Shown here: positions 62,236-64,000 of the stretch, in pieces
Layout: each line of letters starts with the position of its first letter
Position numbering within the stretch: the first letter of the stretch is position 1
Origin: Marsupella aquatica
Lineage: Eukaryota > Plantae > Marchantiophyta
Assembly: GCA_973895155.1 (NCBI GenBank)
Contig: OZ316894.1
Span: forward strand, 1,402,953 to 1,466,952
Length of the DNA stretch: 64,000 bases
Direction: 5' to 3'
Translations under genes and position numbers: made by a program
The notes under the pieces: model-generated
What the model was told of the DNA's origin: nothing
The model's database searches: none
What the model saw: only the letters and a program-made list of their open reading frames with translations

Positions 62236-63459
62236 CTCTAAGTATATCTCTCTCTACCACGTCTGGAAATACAGTAGAAGGCGGGAAAATTTAACTACGT
62301 GCCAGAGACGAGCAGCCAAGCAATTCGATAAAATAGTTCGCTTGCTTCGAGAACCTACATGGCTGGCCCAAACGGGCGAGATTTTTTGTAGAACACTGTT
62401 CTTCATAATTACTGCAAATCGTTCAGCTATTTCTGTACTAGAAGTGGGTGCCATTTCTCTATCTTAGTATCGTTCTACTGTTGTACCGAATGGTTCTGAC
62501 TCGGCTGGTGGGCATGTGAATGCCGAAAAGTCGGCTCTCGCGTGAGAAACTGTTGAAGGCAAGGTTGCTGATGTACATGTACTGTACAATGGCGAATTGC
62601 ACTGTTGCTGAATATGATGAAGCCTTGGTTTCGCTCGTTGATGAAGTGTTAATACAGTACTTTGAGCCCCCGTGATGAAAGTGAGGGATATAATGAAACA
62701 CTCGAGGATTCTCGACTCTCAACTTCGCCTGATGATTACAGATTTAACTACCTCATTATATTTTGAAATTTGTCACTGAATTCCAGCATTTGCCGCAGAG
62801 AGTCTCTAAGATTAGTTTGTTGACTTGTCTTGGGCTCCATCATTAGAGAGACGGTCACTGATCTGCTGTAAGTACACGATGTAAAGTAATAAAGCCTTCA
62901 ATCCGCTTTTCTTTCTAGGATTTGTATTTCTTATTCAGCGAAAACCCAATGTGTGAGTACACAATGTAGATGATACAATCTATCATCTTCAATCCGCTTT
63001 CCTTTTTTAATATTTATTTTTTCCCTAGTATTCCGCAAAAACCATTCCCCAGGTATGAGTATACGACTTAAAATGATGCAATCATAATTCAGAATACTCT
63101 GTCAAAACCCCAGGGATGAGGGAACGCAAAAACCGCCATGTTACATGTTACGTGGGGCATGGCGATGACTGTGGTGTGGTAGTTCACTTGAGTTGAGTAG
63201 AGACTCATAGGTCTTGGGTTCCTGTGGCTTCATAGATTTCTCCTTAAAGAAAAATATAAAATATTACACCTTAACAAAAAATAAAAACTGTTACAATCTC
63301 TCCCTTTCTTTGAGGCTTCACAGATTTCCCCTTAAAGAAAAACTTAAAAATGTTACAATCTTTCTGTTGCCTCCCATTCCATGAGGCTCCAGAAGAAAAA
63401 ATGTTACAATTTTTAATCTTCAATCTGCCTTCCTTTGAAAGGTTTTTTTTTTCCGTAGA

Positions 63460-63601
63460 ACTCTATGAATATCCCAGCAGCATAGATTCTCCAAAGCACA
63501 AAAAGGGACAACTCCCTAGGGCACCCAGTACAACTCTATGAATATCCCAGCAGCAGAGATTCTCCAAAGTACAAAAAGGGACAACTCCCTAGGGCACCCA
63601 G
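63460..63601. repeat. About 72-bp tandem duplication
   Basis: ACTCTATGAATATCCCAGCAGCA...CTAGGGCACCCAG occurs twice. Confidence 0.85.
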
Positions 63602-64000
63602 AAAATCAAACATACAATGGCCAACAGAGAAAGGTGAACTAAAGAACTGTTCATCATCTGCAGCCCAAACTAGAAGAAGACCTCCAATCCCTGCCACACA
63701 TCACAAGCAGGGGGGCTGGGCCACAACCAGCCTCCCCAATGCCCTCCCCACTGCCCTCCCCCCCCCACCCCCAATCCCAGCCCATCTGAGGGACAGGCCC
63801 ACTTCTAGGCAAGCCAAAGGATTCGCCAAACCTGACAATTAATCCTAACTACAGGCAGACCAGCAGGAGGGGCATAGCTTTTTGCATTGACCATGCAAAC
63901 CAACTTCAATCCACTTTAATCTTCAATCTCAAGATCACTACAGTTTCACTCACTACACACTTTCAATCTCAAGATCTAAGTAAACTATTGATCACTTAAA

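Noticed and set aside
63168-63225. tRNA-derived SINE-like A/B boxes
   Set aside because: Too degenerate; no tail or TSD could be defined.

Overview
Eukaryotic, intron-containing land-plant nuclear DNA, probably a non-seed plant such as a liverwort (inferred from gene content and composition). The most striking feature is an 11.1-kb hAT DNA transposon (66-11191, perfect 8-bp TSD TGAACATG). It carries an intact transposase, an intact intronless protein kinase, a stop-interrupted coiled-coil/RING-H2 ORF and an internal cluster of long hairpins. Both ends carry three copies of a covarying stem-loop motif, and the same motif recurs twice in the LTR of an unrelated Ty3/gypsy element at about 25.1-25.4 kb. 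Other mobile elements are a frameshifted PIF/Harbinger element (19626-25983) with the nested truncated gypsy element, and a Mutator-like MITE with a 9-bp TSD. Host genes and relics are a 4-exon XTH, an intronless calnexin, a CYP85-clan-like P450 with a 4-bp frameshift, relics of a germin-like gene, a fungal-looking SDR and a TKL kinase, and a plastid trnV-GAC fragment. Several tandem repeats are also present. All calls come from reading the sequence by eye; no searches or folding programs were run.
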